Shown here one piece after another: positions 26,763 through 36,055 of a DNA stretch of 64,000 nt. Below the pieces are notes generated by a model. That model was not told the origin of the DNA and did not search any database. It worked only from the letters and a program-made list of their open reading frames with translations. The stretch's first letter is position 1, and the number at the start of each line of letters is the position of its first letter. The stretch is from an uncultured Nitrososphaerota archaeon. Lineage in GTDB: Archaea > Korarchaeota > Korarchaeia > Korarchaeales > Korarchaeaceae. The position numbers and the translations under genes were made by a program. Where the stretch lies: NCBI GenBank assembly GCA_964594835.1, contig CAZQNA010000006.1, positions 1 through 64,000 on the forward strand, in the 5' to 3' direction.

Positions 26763-27278
26763 TCATTCACCCCCTCCGCCGCTCTCGTCGCCCCGCCACT
26801 CGAGGAGCCTGCCCTCGAGCCGGGGGTGCCTGGGCAGGATCTCCGAGAGGAACGCCCGGAGCGCCCGGAGCGCGGCCCCGTACCTAGACCAGAGGGAACG
26901 GGGGAACAGCTCGCCCCTCGAAAGCTCCGAGAATGCCACAACGTAACCGTCAGACGTCACCCCGCAGGCCGCAAGCTCGGCGTTGAGGGAGAGCCTGAGC
27001 AGGTCCTCTGATACCTCGCTCAGCTCCTCCCCGGTCAGGGGGAATGGGAGCAGCGGGACGGCCACCAGCAGCGACTCGCCCTGATCCAGTATCTGCACCG
27101 AGAGGACTATCCTCCTCACCCCTCCCTCCCCCTCCGCCTCAACGACCTCGGTCACCAGCACGCTCCGGCTCTCGGGATCCACGAGGATCCTCTCCCCCTC
27201 CACCCCGAGCCCCAGGAGGATCCTCTCGATCTCCCTAAGCAGTCCCCCCGCCTCACCTCTCCGGCTCACCGCCCCCAC
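26763..27278 (-). CDS. YbjN/CesT-like domain protein
   Basis: Pattern EDLLRLSLNAELAACGVTSDGYVV resembles the YbjN/T3SS-chaperone fold; co-directional with mobB and presenilin. Confidence 0.5.
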   Translation of the reverse strand: MGAVSRRGEAGGLLREIERILLGLGVEGERILVDPESRSVLVTEVVEAEGEGGVRRIVLSVQILDQGESLLVAVPLLPFPLTGEELSEVSEDLLRLSLNAELAACGVTSDGYVVAFSELSRGELFPRSLWSRYGAALRALRAFLSEILPRHPRLEGRLLEWRGDESGGGGE

Positions 27279-27807
27279 TCTCCCCGACGAGCCCGACTAT
27301 CCGCTGGGCCAGCGCCTCAACCTCATCCGGGTCGAACGACACGCCCCCGGCCTCTCCCCGTCTCGCGGACTCGACCCTCCACACCTCGCCGCGGGCGAGC
27401 CTCAGCATCTCCTCGACCCTCTCGTCGCCCCCAATGACCACCTTCGTCACATCCTCCCTCGGGATGACCCGCGACTTGAAGCCCTCCAGCAGTATCACCC
27501 TGGCCCGGGGGTCGAGGCACCTCGCCACGTAGAGGGCGTCCTCCAGATCGCCTCCCTCCCCCCTGAAGGCGGCCGTAATCCCGGGGGAGGCGAGAACGAC
27601 GGTCGACGCCCCAGCCCTGGACATCCTCCAGCTGTCGGATCCGGGCCTGTCCACCTCTGGGGCCCTCTCGTGGGTGTGCTTGACGGCCGCGACCCTGATC
27701 CCCCTCCGGGTCAGCGCCCTCAGGAGGGCCTCCACGAGGGTCGTCTTCCCCGAGGCCTTCCCCCCCACGATCGCGACGAGGACGGGCTCGCCCCTGGGCT
27801 CCTCCAT
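27253..27807 (-). CDS. mobB: Molybdopterin-guanine dinucleotide biosynthesis protein B
   Basis: GGKASGKTT, VKHTH, DRPGSDSWR, LEGFK. Confidence 0.9.
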   Translation of the reverse strand: MEEPRGEPVLVAIVGGKASGKTTLVEALLRALTRRGIRVAAVKHTHERAPEVDRPGSDSWRMSRAGASTVVLASPGITAAFRGEGGDLEDALYVARCLDPRARVILLEGFKSRVIPREDVTKVVIGGDERVEEMLRLARGEVWRVESARRGEAGGVSFDPDEVEALAQRIVGLVGESGGGEPER

Positions 27808-27895
27808 CCCAACCCCCCGCCGGTCCCTCCAGTTTTAAACGAGCCCGCGGGCCCCCTCGATCACGAGGGTTAATAACTCGCGCCGGCCCTCATAC

Positions 27896-29002
27896 ATGGC
27901 GCATCCCATGCCCGAACCCTGCCCAGATGGGGTAGGCTCGAGGGTCAAGTCCAGCCTCCAGGAGAGGCTCCCTGACGGACGAGTCAGGTGCCTGGCCTGT
28001 CCCCGGTACTGCACTATACCTCCCGGGCTCAGGGGGGCGTGCGGAACCAAGATCAACGTGGATGGGGTCCTTTGCGAGGTGAACTACTCGAGGGTGAGCT
28101 CGGTCGCGATGGATCCCGTGGAGAAGAAGCCCCTTTTCCACTTCTACCCCGGCTCGTGGGCCTACAGCATCGGAACCGTGGGGTGCAACCTGTTCTGCGA
28201 TCACTGCCAGAACTGGCAGATATCCCAGCCCGGCGTGAGGCCGGAGGACTTCCCCTGGCTGAGGACGCTGACGCCGGAGGAGGCGGTGAGGCAGGCCGTC
28301 GAGCTCGGGGCCACCAGCATAGCCTACACCTACAACGATCCCACCATCGTCAGCCTGGAGTGGGTGCTGGAGACGGCGAGGCTGGCGAGGAGGGAGGGCC
28401 TCAAGAACGTCAGCGTCACGAACGGCTACTGGAGCAGGGAGCTCAGGGAGCTCCTGACCCCCCTCATGGACGCGGCCAACGTCGACGTGAAGGCGTTCTC
28501 CGACGAGTTCTACAGGAGGGTCACCAAGGTCACGTCCATGAGGCCGGTGCTGGACACTGTGGAACACCTCAAGCGGGGGGGCGTCCACGTGGAGCTCACC
28601 TACCTCATCATCCCGGGGCTGAACGACTCAGAGGAGGAGATCAGGTCCTTCGCCAGGTGGGTCGTCGAGAGCGTGGGGGACGACACCCCGGTGCACTTCT
28701 CCAGGTTCCACCCGGACTTCAGGATGCTCGACAGACCGGCGACGCCCCTCAGGACCCTCGAGATGGCCTACCGCGCCGCCAGGGACGGGGGGCTCAAGTT
28801 CGTCTACCTCGGCAACGTGCCGGGGGACCCTAGGGAGCACACCTACTGCCCGAAGTGCGGGGCCAGGGTGATAGAGAGGTACGGGTTCGACGTCCACGGC
28901 TGCAGGCTGACGGAGGACGGTAGGTGCGCCAGCTGTGGAGAGCCCATCCCGATCGTCGGCGAGTGCAGGCGGTCCTCGGGGAGCTTCTACCTCGGCATCT
29001 GA
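27896..29002 (+). CDS. amrS: AmmeMemoRadiSam system radical SAM enzyme
   Basis: CLACPRYC, DPVEKKPLFHFYPG, GCNLFCDHCQNW, YTYNDP, HFSRFHP, C-terminal CPKC. Confidence 0.9.
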   Translation: MAHPMPEPCPDGVGSRVKSSLQERLPDGRVRCLACPRYCTIPPGLRGACGTKINVDGVLCEVNYSRVSSVAMDPVEKKPLFHFYPGSWAYSIGTVGCNLFCDHCQNWQISQPGVRPEDFPWLRTLTPEEAVRQAVELGATSIAYTYNDPTIVSLEWVLETARLARREGLKNVSVTNGYWSRELRELLTPLMDAANVDVKAFSDEFYRRVTKVTSMRPVLDTVEHLKRGGVHVELTYLIIPGLNDSEEEIRSFARWVVESVGDDTPVHFSRFHPDFRMLDRPATPLRTLEMAYRAARDGGLKFVYLGNVPGDPREHTYCPKCGARVIERYGFDVHGCRLTEDGRCASCGEPIPIVGECRRSSGSFYLGI

Positions 29003-29036
29003 CCCCGAGGGCGAGGGGCGGCAGCCGGAGTGGGAG

Positions 29037-29765
29037 GTGGGCGTCCCCTCTCTCGTGGAGTCGCTGGGGGCGTTTCTTTTCGCAGCTCCCGCGGTCGTCT
29101 GGACTGCCTCGAGGATGATCCCATGCTCGGCGGGGGTGAGAGGTCCCCCCATTGAATTCACCCTGGCCACGGCGGTGATCCTCACGCTGTCCGCGCACGA
29201 GGGGGTTCACGCGGCGCTCTACTGGCTGTCTGGCTCTGGGGTGAGGTTTGGGGTCGGCGCCCACTACCTCTACGTGGCAGCGACGCGGCCGGTCACCCGC
29301 GAGACCTTCCTGCTGGTCAGCGTGGGCCCCCTGGCGCTGATAAGCGCCTCCACGCTGGCGGCCGCTCGGGCGTTTCCGACCCGCGCAGAGCTGCCCGCGG
29401 CGATATTCGCCCTCAACGCCCTGGGGTCGTCTGGGGATGTCGTGCTCGCAGTCAAGACGCTCGGCGCCCCGAGGGGGTCCCTGGTCATGGACAGGGGAGA
29501 CCGATCCGTGGTTATCCCACCCTGCGGCCGGACCGAGCCTCCAGGCTGGTGGGCATCCGTTGACGCCTTCCTCAAGATCTACCCGCTCGCCCTCACCCTG
29601 GTCGGTACCCTAGCTCTGCTGACCGGGGGCGCCCCCCTGGAATTCCACAGGTGCAGCGGATCCCAGCTGATAGTCAATGTCGATCCCACCGCGCCATCCG
29701 CGGCCGCGCTGATCTCCGCCGCGGCCGCCCTCGCGGCTGCCGCGCGGTCTGGCGGGGTCGGTTAA
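29037..29765 (+). CDS. DUF3267-like membrane zinc metalloprotease
   Basis: AHEGVHA (HExxH) in a TM segment, VGPL, NALGSSGD; start approximate. Confidence 0.72.
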   Translation: MGVPSLVESLGAFLFAAPAVVWTASRMIPCSAGVRGPPIEFTLATAVILTLSAHEGVHAALYWLSGSGVRFGVGAHYLYVAATRPVTRETFLLVSVGPLALISASTLAAARAFPTRAELPAAIFALNALGSSGDVVLAVKTLGAPRGSLVMDRGDRSVVIPPCGRTEPPGWWASVDAFLKIYPLALTLVGTLALLTGGAPLEFHRCSGSQLIVNVDPTAPSAAALISAAAALAAAARSGGVG

Positions 29766-29797
29766 ATCTGTGTGGGCCCCTGGCAAGGCCGATCGAT

Positions 29798-31069
29798 GTG
29801 GATCGGACCGGCAAGGAGAGGAACGTCGCGGTCATCGCGCTGAGCTGGACAATGATGCGCCCGTTCGGCGCGGCCACCAGGACCTACTTCGCCCTGTACT
29901 TCCTCGAGCTGGGCGCCGACCCTGCGAGGATAGGCCTTATCACGATGGCGGGCTCCCTCACCCTCGCGATCTCCAGGCTCATCGGCGGGTACCTGGCCGA
30001 TGTCGTGGGCAGGAAGAGGCTCATAGTCTCGATGACCGCTGTGTACGCCCTGGCCTCCCTCCTGTACGCCCTGGCCAGGGACTGGACTTGGATACTCGCC
30101 GCCGAGGTCATCTCGTCCGCCACGCTCCTCTACCAGCCCGCCATATCCGCCATACTCGCCGACAGCCTCCCCTCGGAGCTGAGGGGCAGGGGGATCTCGG
30201 CGGCCCGGACCGCGTCAACGCTCTCCTCCCTCCTCGGCCCGCCGGCGGCTGCCATCCTCGTGGGAAGGAGGGGGATCGTCCCGGCCGTTAGGCTCCTCTA
30301 CGCCGCCAGGTCGGCGGCCGTCCTCGGCGCCGCAGGGGTCAGGCTGGCCCTGACGGAGACGCTCGAGGAGAGGAAACCGGTGGAGATCTCTTCTATTCTC
30401 AGGGAGTACAGGAAGGCAGCGACATGGCTGAGGGGAGATCTGGGTAGGCTGATAGCCGTAAACTCAGCCGCCATGTGGTCTTACAGCGTGGCCGAGCCGT
30501 TCATCCAGATATTCGCCGTCAGGGAGGTCGGGATAGATCCGGAGTTCTGGGGCCTGATCTCCACGGCCGTGAGGCTCGAGATACTGGCCAGCATGAACCT
30601 GTCCGGGTACATAGCCGACAGGCTCGGCAGGAACATCTCCCTGGCCCTGGGGTACGGGTCCGGGGCGGCGGGGATGCTCCTTCTCCTGGCCTCACCTCAG
30701 GGCTCGGTCTCATGGGTTCTCGCATCCCAGCTGGTGTACGCGGCCTTCGCCTCCTGGCCGGCCAGGTTCGCCCTGTTCGCCGACCTCACGCCCTCCGATA
30801 CCAGGGGTAGGCTGACCGCGATCAGGGGCCTGATCGAGAACCTGTCCTCGAGCGCAGGATCCGCCGTGGGGGGCGCGCTGTACTCGGCCTCTCCGATCTT
30901 GGACCTCGGGGCCTCCTCCGCCTTCCTCCTGTTCACCGCCCTGACGGCGCTCAGGCTCCTGCCCAGGGTGGGCAGGATACCCCAGAGATCTACGGACGCG
31001 CCAGAAGGTCCAGCGCCTCGAGGTGATGCCCCTCGGTCCTCCAGCCCAGGGCGCCTCGGTTCTCCCTGA
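29798..31069 (+). CDS. MFS transporter (paralog of 31895-33106)
   Basis: GGYLADVVGRK, GYIADRLGR; about 12 TM. Confidence 0.88.
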   Translation: MDRTGKERNVAVIALSWTMMRPFGAATRTYFALYFLELGADPARIGLITMAGSLTLAISRLIGGYLADVVGRKRLIVSMTAVYALASLLYALARDWTWILAAEVISSATLLYQPAISAILADSLPSELRGRGISAARTASTLSSLLGPPAAAILVGRRGIVPAVRLLYAARSAAVLGAAGVRLALTETLEERKPVEISSILREYRKAATWLRGDLGRLIAVNSAAMWSYSVAEPFIQIFAVREVGIDPEFWGLISTAVRLEILASMNLSGYIADRLGRNISLALGYGSGAAGMLLLLASPQGSVSWVLASQLVYAAFASWPARFALFADLTPSDTRGRLTAIRGLIENLSSSAGSAVGGALYSASPILDLGASSAFLLFTALTALRLLPRVGRIPQRSTDAPEGPAPRGDAPRSSSPGRLGSP

Positions 31070-31799
31070 CGTGCTCCGCCTTCGAGGCCTTGGGTATGGC
31101 GACGACCCTGGGCTTAGACACGAGCCAGTTCAGGGCCACCTGCGCCGGGGTCTTCCCGAGGGCCCTGGCCACCTCCGCCAGCTGCGGGGGAGGGCTCACC
31201 GCGAGGCGGCCCTTCTCGAGGGGGGTGTAGGCCATGACGATGATGTCCTCCCTCTGACAGAAGGGCAGGAGGTCCTTCTCGATTCCCCTGTCCAGCAGGC
31301 TGTACCTCACCTGATTCACGGCCACCTCAGCTCTCTTCGTAGACTCCATGGCCCTCCTCAGGAGGGGCAGGTCGAAGTTGCTGACCCCGATGTTCCTCAC
31401 CTTCCCCTCGGAGATCAGATCCTCCATGGCTCCGAGGGTCTCCTCCAGCGGGACGGAGGGGTTGGGCCAGTGTATCAGGTAGAGGTCCACGTAGTCCACG
31501 CCGAGCCTCTCCAGGCTCCCCTCCAGGGAGCGCGGGAGGGAGCGCCTGCCCAGGTTGGTGCTCCAGACCTTCGTGACAAGGAAGTACTCCTCCCTGTCGA
31601 ACGGCCCGATGGCCTCTCCCACTATCCTCTCGACGCGACCCCACCCGTACATCTCTGCCGTGTCTATCAGACCCATTCCCAGGTCGATAGCCAGCCTGAT
31701 GGCCTCGACGGCGGCCTGGGGATCTGACTCCATCCTGTACGTCCCGATTCCCAGCTTTGGGATCCTGTCGCCGGACCCCCTGAGCCTCTCCCACTCCAC
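30990..31799 (-). CDS. Aldo/keto reductase
   Basis: IDTAEMYG, VTKV, DLYLIHWP, IGVSNF, IPKA. Confidence 0.93.
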   Translation of the reverse strand: MEWERLRGSGDRIPKLGIGTYRMESDPQAAVEAIRLAIDLGMGLIDTAEMYGWGRVERIVGEAIGPFDREEYFLVTKVWSTNLGRRSLPRSLEGSLERLGVDYVDLYLIHWPNPSVPLEETLGAMEDLISEGKVRNIGVSNFDLPLLRRAMESTKRAEVAVNQVRYSLLDRGIEKDLLPFCQREDIIVMAYTPLEKGRLAVSPPPQLAEVARALGKTPAQVALNWLVSKPRVVAIPKASKAEHVRENRGALGWRTEGHHLEALDLLARP

Positions 31800-31894
31800 C
31801 GGCCGCCCGCGACCGGTCTCCCCTAAAAGGCCGACCCCCGGCCGGGGGCCCGACCGTTTGAATTTTTAACCCAGCCGGGGGGCACCGCACCCCA

Positions 31895-33106
31895 GTGCCG
31901 CGGGACGTCGCCAGACGGAACATGGCCGTGATGGCGATCACCTGGGCCATGATGGGCCCCTTCTCGGCCGCAACGAGGGTGTACTCCTCTCTCTACTTCC
32001 TCGAGCTCGGGGCCGGGGCCGCCGAGGTGGGCCTTATCTCTATGGCCGGCCTCGTCACCCTGGGCTTCTCCAGGCTCGTCGGCGGGTACCTGGCCGACGC
32101 GGTGGGCAGGAAGAGGATAATAGTCCCGATGACCATGGTCTACGGGCTGGCCTCGGTCCTTTACGCCGTGGCCAGGGACTGGACCTGGATACTCGCCGCC
32201 TCCGTACTCTCCTCCCTGGCGCTCCTCTACCAGCCCGCCATACAGGCGATCCTGGCGGACACCCTGCCGCCAGAGGTCAGGGGGAGGGGCCTCTCCCTCG
32301 CCAACATGGTATCCCAGCTGGCCAGCCTGGCCGGGCCGCCGCTCGCAACGATCATGGTGTCGAGGATGCCCCTGGCCAGGGCGATGAGGATCCTGTACGC
32401 CGTCAACGCCGCGGCCATATTCGGGGCGGGCCTCGTGAGGATGGGGTTCGTCGAGACCCTGGAGGAGAGGGTGAGGCCCAACCTCAGGGACGCCCTCAGG
32501 GGGTACGTCAGCGCCCTTAGGGAACTCCGCGGCGACCTGGGCAAGCTGATCGCCGTGTCCTCGCTCGCCCCAGCCTTCTACCAGATGGCCTTCCCGTTCG
32601 CCCAGATATACGCGGTGAGGGAGCTCGGGGTCTCCGAGGAGTTCTGGGGCCTTATCTCCACCGTGGTGTCCCTTGAGTCTGTCGCCTCCATGCTGGCCTC
32701 CGGCTACCTGACCGACAGGATGGGGAGGAACCTCACGCTGGCCCTGGGGTACGGGTCGGGCTCTCTCGGCCTGGCGATCCTGGCGCTGACCCCTCCCGGC
32801 TCCCCCCTCCTAGTCCTGCTCTCGCAGATCGTGACGTCGGCCTTCGCCTCCTGGCCAGCCAGCTTCGCCCTGATGGCCGACCTGACGCCGACGAGGCTGA
32901 GGGGCAAGGTGATGGCCATAAGGGGGATGATACAGGGGAACCTCTCGGGCCTGGGCTCGGGCCTTGGTGGCGCGCTCTACGAGCTGAGCCCGCCACTCCC
33001 GTTCGCGGCGGCCGCCGCGGGGCTGGCTCCCCTGGTTCTGATATCCGCCAAGTGGCTTCCTGTTGGGGCCGTCGGAGGTGGAAAGGTTCGTGACGTAAAC
33101 CATTAA
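31895..33106 (+). CDS. MFS transporter
   Basis: GGYLADAVGRK, GYLTDRMGR; about 12 TM. Confidence 0.9.
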   Translation: MPRDVARRNMAVMAITWAMMGPFSAATRVYSSLYFLELGAGAAEVGLISMAGLVTLGFSRLVGGYLADAVGRKRIIVPMTMVYGLASVLYAVARDWTWILAASVLSSLALLYQPAIQAILADTLPPEVRGRGLSLANMVSQLASLAGPPLATIMVSRMPLARAMRILYAVNAAAIFGAGLVRMGFVETLEERVRPNLRDALRGYVSALRELRGDLGKLIAVSSLAPAFYQMAFPFAQIYAVRELGVSEEFWGLISTVVSLESVASMLASGYLTDRMGRNLTLALGYGSGSLGLAILALTPPGSPLLVLLSQIVTSAFASWPASFALMADLTPTRLRGKVMAIRGMIQGNLSGLGSGLGGALYELSPPLPFAAAAAGLAPLVLISAKWLPVGAVGGGKVRDVNH

Positions 33107-33142
33107 ACGGTAGCTTGCCTCTCCCGTCTTCGGGAATCAGCC

Positions 33143-33481
33143 TTGGGCGCCTCGGGGGCAAGGGAGATCACCTGCCCAATATGCGGTCAGAAGCACAGGC
33201 CGCCCCTGAGCAGGGGGTGGAACTTCGTCCCCTGCAAGCCCGATCACGGGATAGTCGTGTTCGTGGACGAGGGAGGGAGCGTCAGGGAGGTCCACGGGGC
33301 CTCACTCTCCGAGACCTCCAGCGGCCTCACTCTGGACGAGGGGAGGCTTCACCTCGTCCCGAAGTGGGTGAGCGTCGACAGGATCAGGGCGATAGTCGAG
33401 GGGCGGGCGAGGCCCACGGAGGCCGACAGGGCGGCCATGTCCCTCCTGCTGAACCTGGGCATCCTTAAGAGGAGGGCCTAG
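33143..33481 (+). CDS. Small zinc-ribbon protein
   Basis: CPICG ... CKPDH ligands followed by IVVFVDEGGSVR and a C-terminal helix ending LLNLGIL. Confidence 0.65.
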   Translation: MGASGAREITCPICGQKHRPPLSRGWNFVPCKPDHGIVVFVDEGGSVREVHGASLSETSSGLTLDEGRLHLVPKWVSVDRIRAIVEGRARPTEADRAAMSLLLNLGILKRRA

Positions 33482-33523
33482 GGTCTCCCCGGGGGCGCCG
33501 GGGCCTTCGATGCTGATGGGGGT

Positions 33524-34552
33524 GTGATATTGGCTCGTCCAGCCCTCGCCAAGCTCCTGTCCAAGCTCTCTGGGACTGCAGGGGGGGCCAGGGTCCCGTC
33601 TCACGTCCAGAGGGCCGCGTCGGAGGTGCTGGAGGTCTGCGAGTACAGGCTGGTAACGACCCTGGACTCCATGGGGTTCTTCAGGGAGGTAGAGGGGGTG
33701 AGCCCCGCCGAGGCGTCCTCGAAGTTCGCCGACAGGACCCTGTTCTTCGCGGTGATGGACCTGCTCTCCCAGCTCGGCTACGTGTCCGTGAGGAGGGGGT
33801 TCGGGTTCATGGACGGTCGAATTCGCCAGGTCCACGATCTCCCGCCGTCACCGACCGCCACTACCCCGGAGGCAATCGAGTTTGACTCCGTCTTCAGCGA
33901 GATAGTCTCGTCTCTCCCAGAGGCTCTCAGGGAGGGGAAGAGGACCCTACACGTGGCCTCTCCGGAGAACAAGGCCCTCCTGGCCAAGCTGTACGACTCA
34001 GACGTCTTCAAGACCCTGCTTACCCTCGAGGTGAAGTCTCTGGGCATATCCGACGTCCCGCCCCACGGGACCATAATCTCCCTGGGCCCCGGCGTCGGGG
34101 CGGAGCTTCCCATAGTCCTCCTCGAGTCGGACGCCAGCGTGATCTCGGTGTTGAGCAGCGAGGACGACGCCAGGATCGCCGAACTCACGCTGTCGGGCCT
34201 GGGCCTCCTCAGCGACCAGGTCAAGTTCCTCGTCGGTCAGCCGGAGAGGTTCCACAGGGTGGTCCAGGAGGCCAAGGTCGGTCCTGCGGACGCCGCGGTC
34301 CTGGTGCACGCGCTCCACTGGTCGAACGCGCCGGAGGCCTGCCTCCGAAACGCTTCCAAGGTGGCGAGGAGGGTCATGGTTTCTCAGCCCGTCGCCAGCG
34401 ATGCGACTTGGCCCCTCTCCCTGGCCAGCTACCTCCTCGGCTCCAACGCCCTCCCGAAGTCGGACCAGATTGAGTTCTGGGTGACGTCCGCCGGACTGTC
34501 CGGGAGGACGCTGATGAGGGATCCCATCTATCTGGCCCAGCTGATGAAGTGA
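33524..34552 (+). CDS. Divergent class I SAM methyltransferase-like protein
   Basis: ISLGPGVG motif I-like, DAAVLVHALHW, ACLRNASKV; N-terminal helical/wHTH-like region. Confidence 0.6.
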   Translation: MILARPALAKLLSKLSGTAGGARVPSHVQRAASEVLEVCEYRLVTTLDSMGFFREVEGVSPAEASSKFADRTLFFAVMDLLSQLGYVSVRRGFGFMDGRIRQVHDLPPSPTATTPEAIEFDSVFSEIVSSLPEALREGKRTLHVASPENKALLAKLYDSDVFKTLLTLEVKSLGISDVPPHGTIISLGPGVGAELPIVLLESDASVISVLSSEDDARIAELTLSGLGLLSDQVKFLVGQPERFHRVVQEAKVGPADAAVLVHALHWSNAPEACLRNASKVARRVMVSQPVASDATWPLSLASYLLGSNALPKSDQIEFWVTSAGLSGRTLMRDPIYLAQLMK

Positions 34553-34660
34553 ACCCAGGCCGGTAGGCGCGTGGGAGGCGGCCTCCGCAGGGTATACCCG
34601 TGTATGAAGCCCGCGGGGGGTGGGTTATATCCGCCCACCCAGGGGGAGGCGGGGTGAGCC

Positions 34661-35131
34661 TTGCGGAGGTTTAAGGTGATCTTCGCCGGGGAGTCCGAGG
34701 TCGGGAAGACCACGGTCGCGGCGGCCATATCGACCGCGAGCCTGGCCAGGGGAGGACCGACCATCGGAGCCGACTTCTTCGTGTCCGGTCCGGACGGGAC
34801 CAGGGCGGTGATATTCGACCTGGCCGGCCAGGACCGGTTCGCCCCGCTGGCCCCGCTCCTGGCTCGAGGCGCCAGGGTGGTCGTCCTCGTCTTCGACGTC
34901 ACGAGGCCTGAGACCCTGCTGGCCATCCCGGAGTGGGCGGAGAGGGTCCTCAACGGCTCCAGGGATGTCAGGGTGATCCTGGTTGGGAACAAGCTGGACG
35001 TCGGCCTGAGGGTGACCCCGGAGGACATAGCCTCCGTCGCGGCCTCCGTCGGAGCCCACAAGGTCATACTGACCAGCGCATCGACGGGCTTCGGACTGGA
35101 CGAGCTCAGGGAGGCGCTTCTCGAGGCGTAG
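34661..35131 (+). CDS. Minimal Rab-like small GTPase
   Basis: G1 GESEVGKTT, PTIGADF, FDLAGQDRF, LVFDVT, GNKLD, SASTG; TTATAT and GGGGTGA upstream of the TTG start. Confidence 0.9.
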   Translation: MRRFKVIFAGESEVGKTTVAAAISTASLARGGPTIGADFFVSGPDGTRAVIFDLAGQDRFAPLAPLLARGARVVVLVFDVTRPETLLAIPEWAERVLNGSRDVRVILVGNKLDVGLRVTPEDIASVAASVGAHKVILTSASTGFGLDELREALLEA

Positions 35132-35178
35132 CCGACTCGGCCGGCGGCGTAATATTCTGGCCCGAGGTAGGTGGGGGG

Positions 35179-35484
35179 ATGAGGGGCAGCCTGGCCCTCC
35201 TGGCCCTCGCGGCGCTTGTGCTCGCGGCGCACGCGGCGGGCCTCTCACTCTGGAGGCTCCTGCTCGTCCTGTCAGCCGTCGGCTTCCTCTCCGGGGCCAT
35301 TTTCGGGTTCTTCGCCTCGACGGGCGACGTCTCCGGGAGGGTCTGGTGGGCCCTGAGGGCGGGGGTGGCGCTGGCCCTGCTGGTCCCCCTGGCCGCTGCC
35401 GCCTCCGTTCCCCTGGCCGTCGCGGGACTCGTCATGGCCGCCGCCGGCGCGCTGCTCTCCGCCCTCGAAGGAGAGTCGACCTGA
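35179..35484 (+). CDS. Small multi-pass membrane protein
   Basis: 101 aa, about 4 hydrophobic helices, directly downstream of the GTPase. Confidence 0.55.
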   Translation: MRGSLALLALAALVLAAHAAGLSLWRLLLVLSAVGFLSGAIFGFFASTGDVSGRVWWALRAGVALALLVPLAAAASVPLAVAGLVMAAAGALLSALEGEST

Positions 35485-36037
35485 TCCTCCTCCCAATCCT
35501 CTGAAGCCTCGACGGCTCTCTCGGAGGGTTCAGGAAGACGGAGAGGGGTATGTCGCCCGTAGCGGCGGCGAGCGAAAATGCCTCCACGGTCCTCACTGCC
35601 TCCTCCTGCTCCCAGCTCTCCACGGCACCCGGGCGGATCTTCCTGACCCTCTCCACCGCGGCGCTGGCCGTCATCCCCCTCGTGAACACCAGGTAGGCGG
35701 CTGCGAACATCCCGGACCTCCCCCTCCCGGCCAGGCAGTGGACCCCGAGCGGCCTCCCCATGGAGACGACCCTCCTGGCCCATAGGAGGGCGCTTATCAG
35801 CTCCTCCGGCTCCGGCGCCCCCCTCGTCTCCGTGGGGAGGAAGTACGTCCAGATGTCGTTGTCGATCATCGCCCTCGCGAAGAGGAGCACGTTTCCCCAG
35901 TAGGCCAGGATCTCCCTCCCGGTCGCCAGGGAGACGACGGACCTGATCCCCTCTCCCCTGAGCCTCCTGATCGCCTCCCTGTCAACGGGAAAACCGCAGA
36001 TCGCAAGCTCGCCCGGGACTATCCAGAGAACCCACAA
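35432..36037 (-). CDS. Dual-specificity/protein-tyrosine phosphatase family
   Basis: VHCLAGRGRSG (CX5R), RPGAVESWEQ. Confidence 0.9.
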   Translation of the reverse strand: MWVLWIVPGELAICGFPVDREAIRRLRGEGIRSVVSLATGREILAYWGNVLLFARAMIDNDIWTYFLPTETRGAPEPEELISALLWARRVVSMGRPLGVHCLAGRGRSGMFAAAYLVFTRGMTASAAVERVRKIRPGAVESWEQEEAVRTVEAFSLAAATGDIPLSVFLNPPREPSRLQRIGRRIRSTLLRGRRAARRRRP

Positions 36038-36055
36038 GGGGATCGCCCGCCTGTC

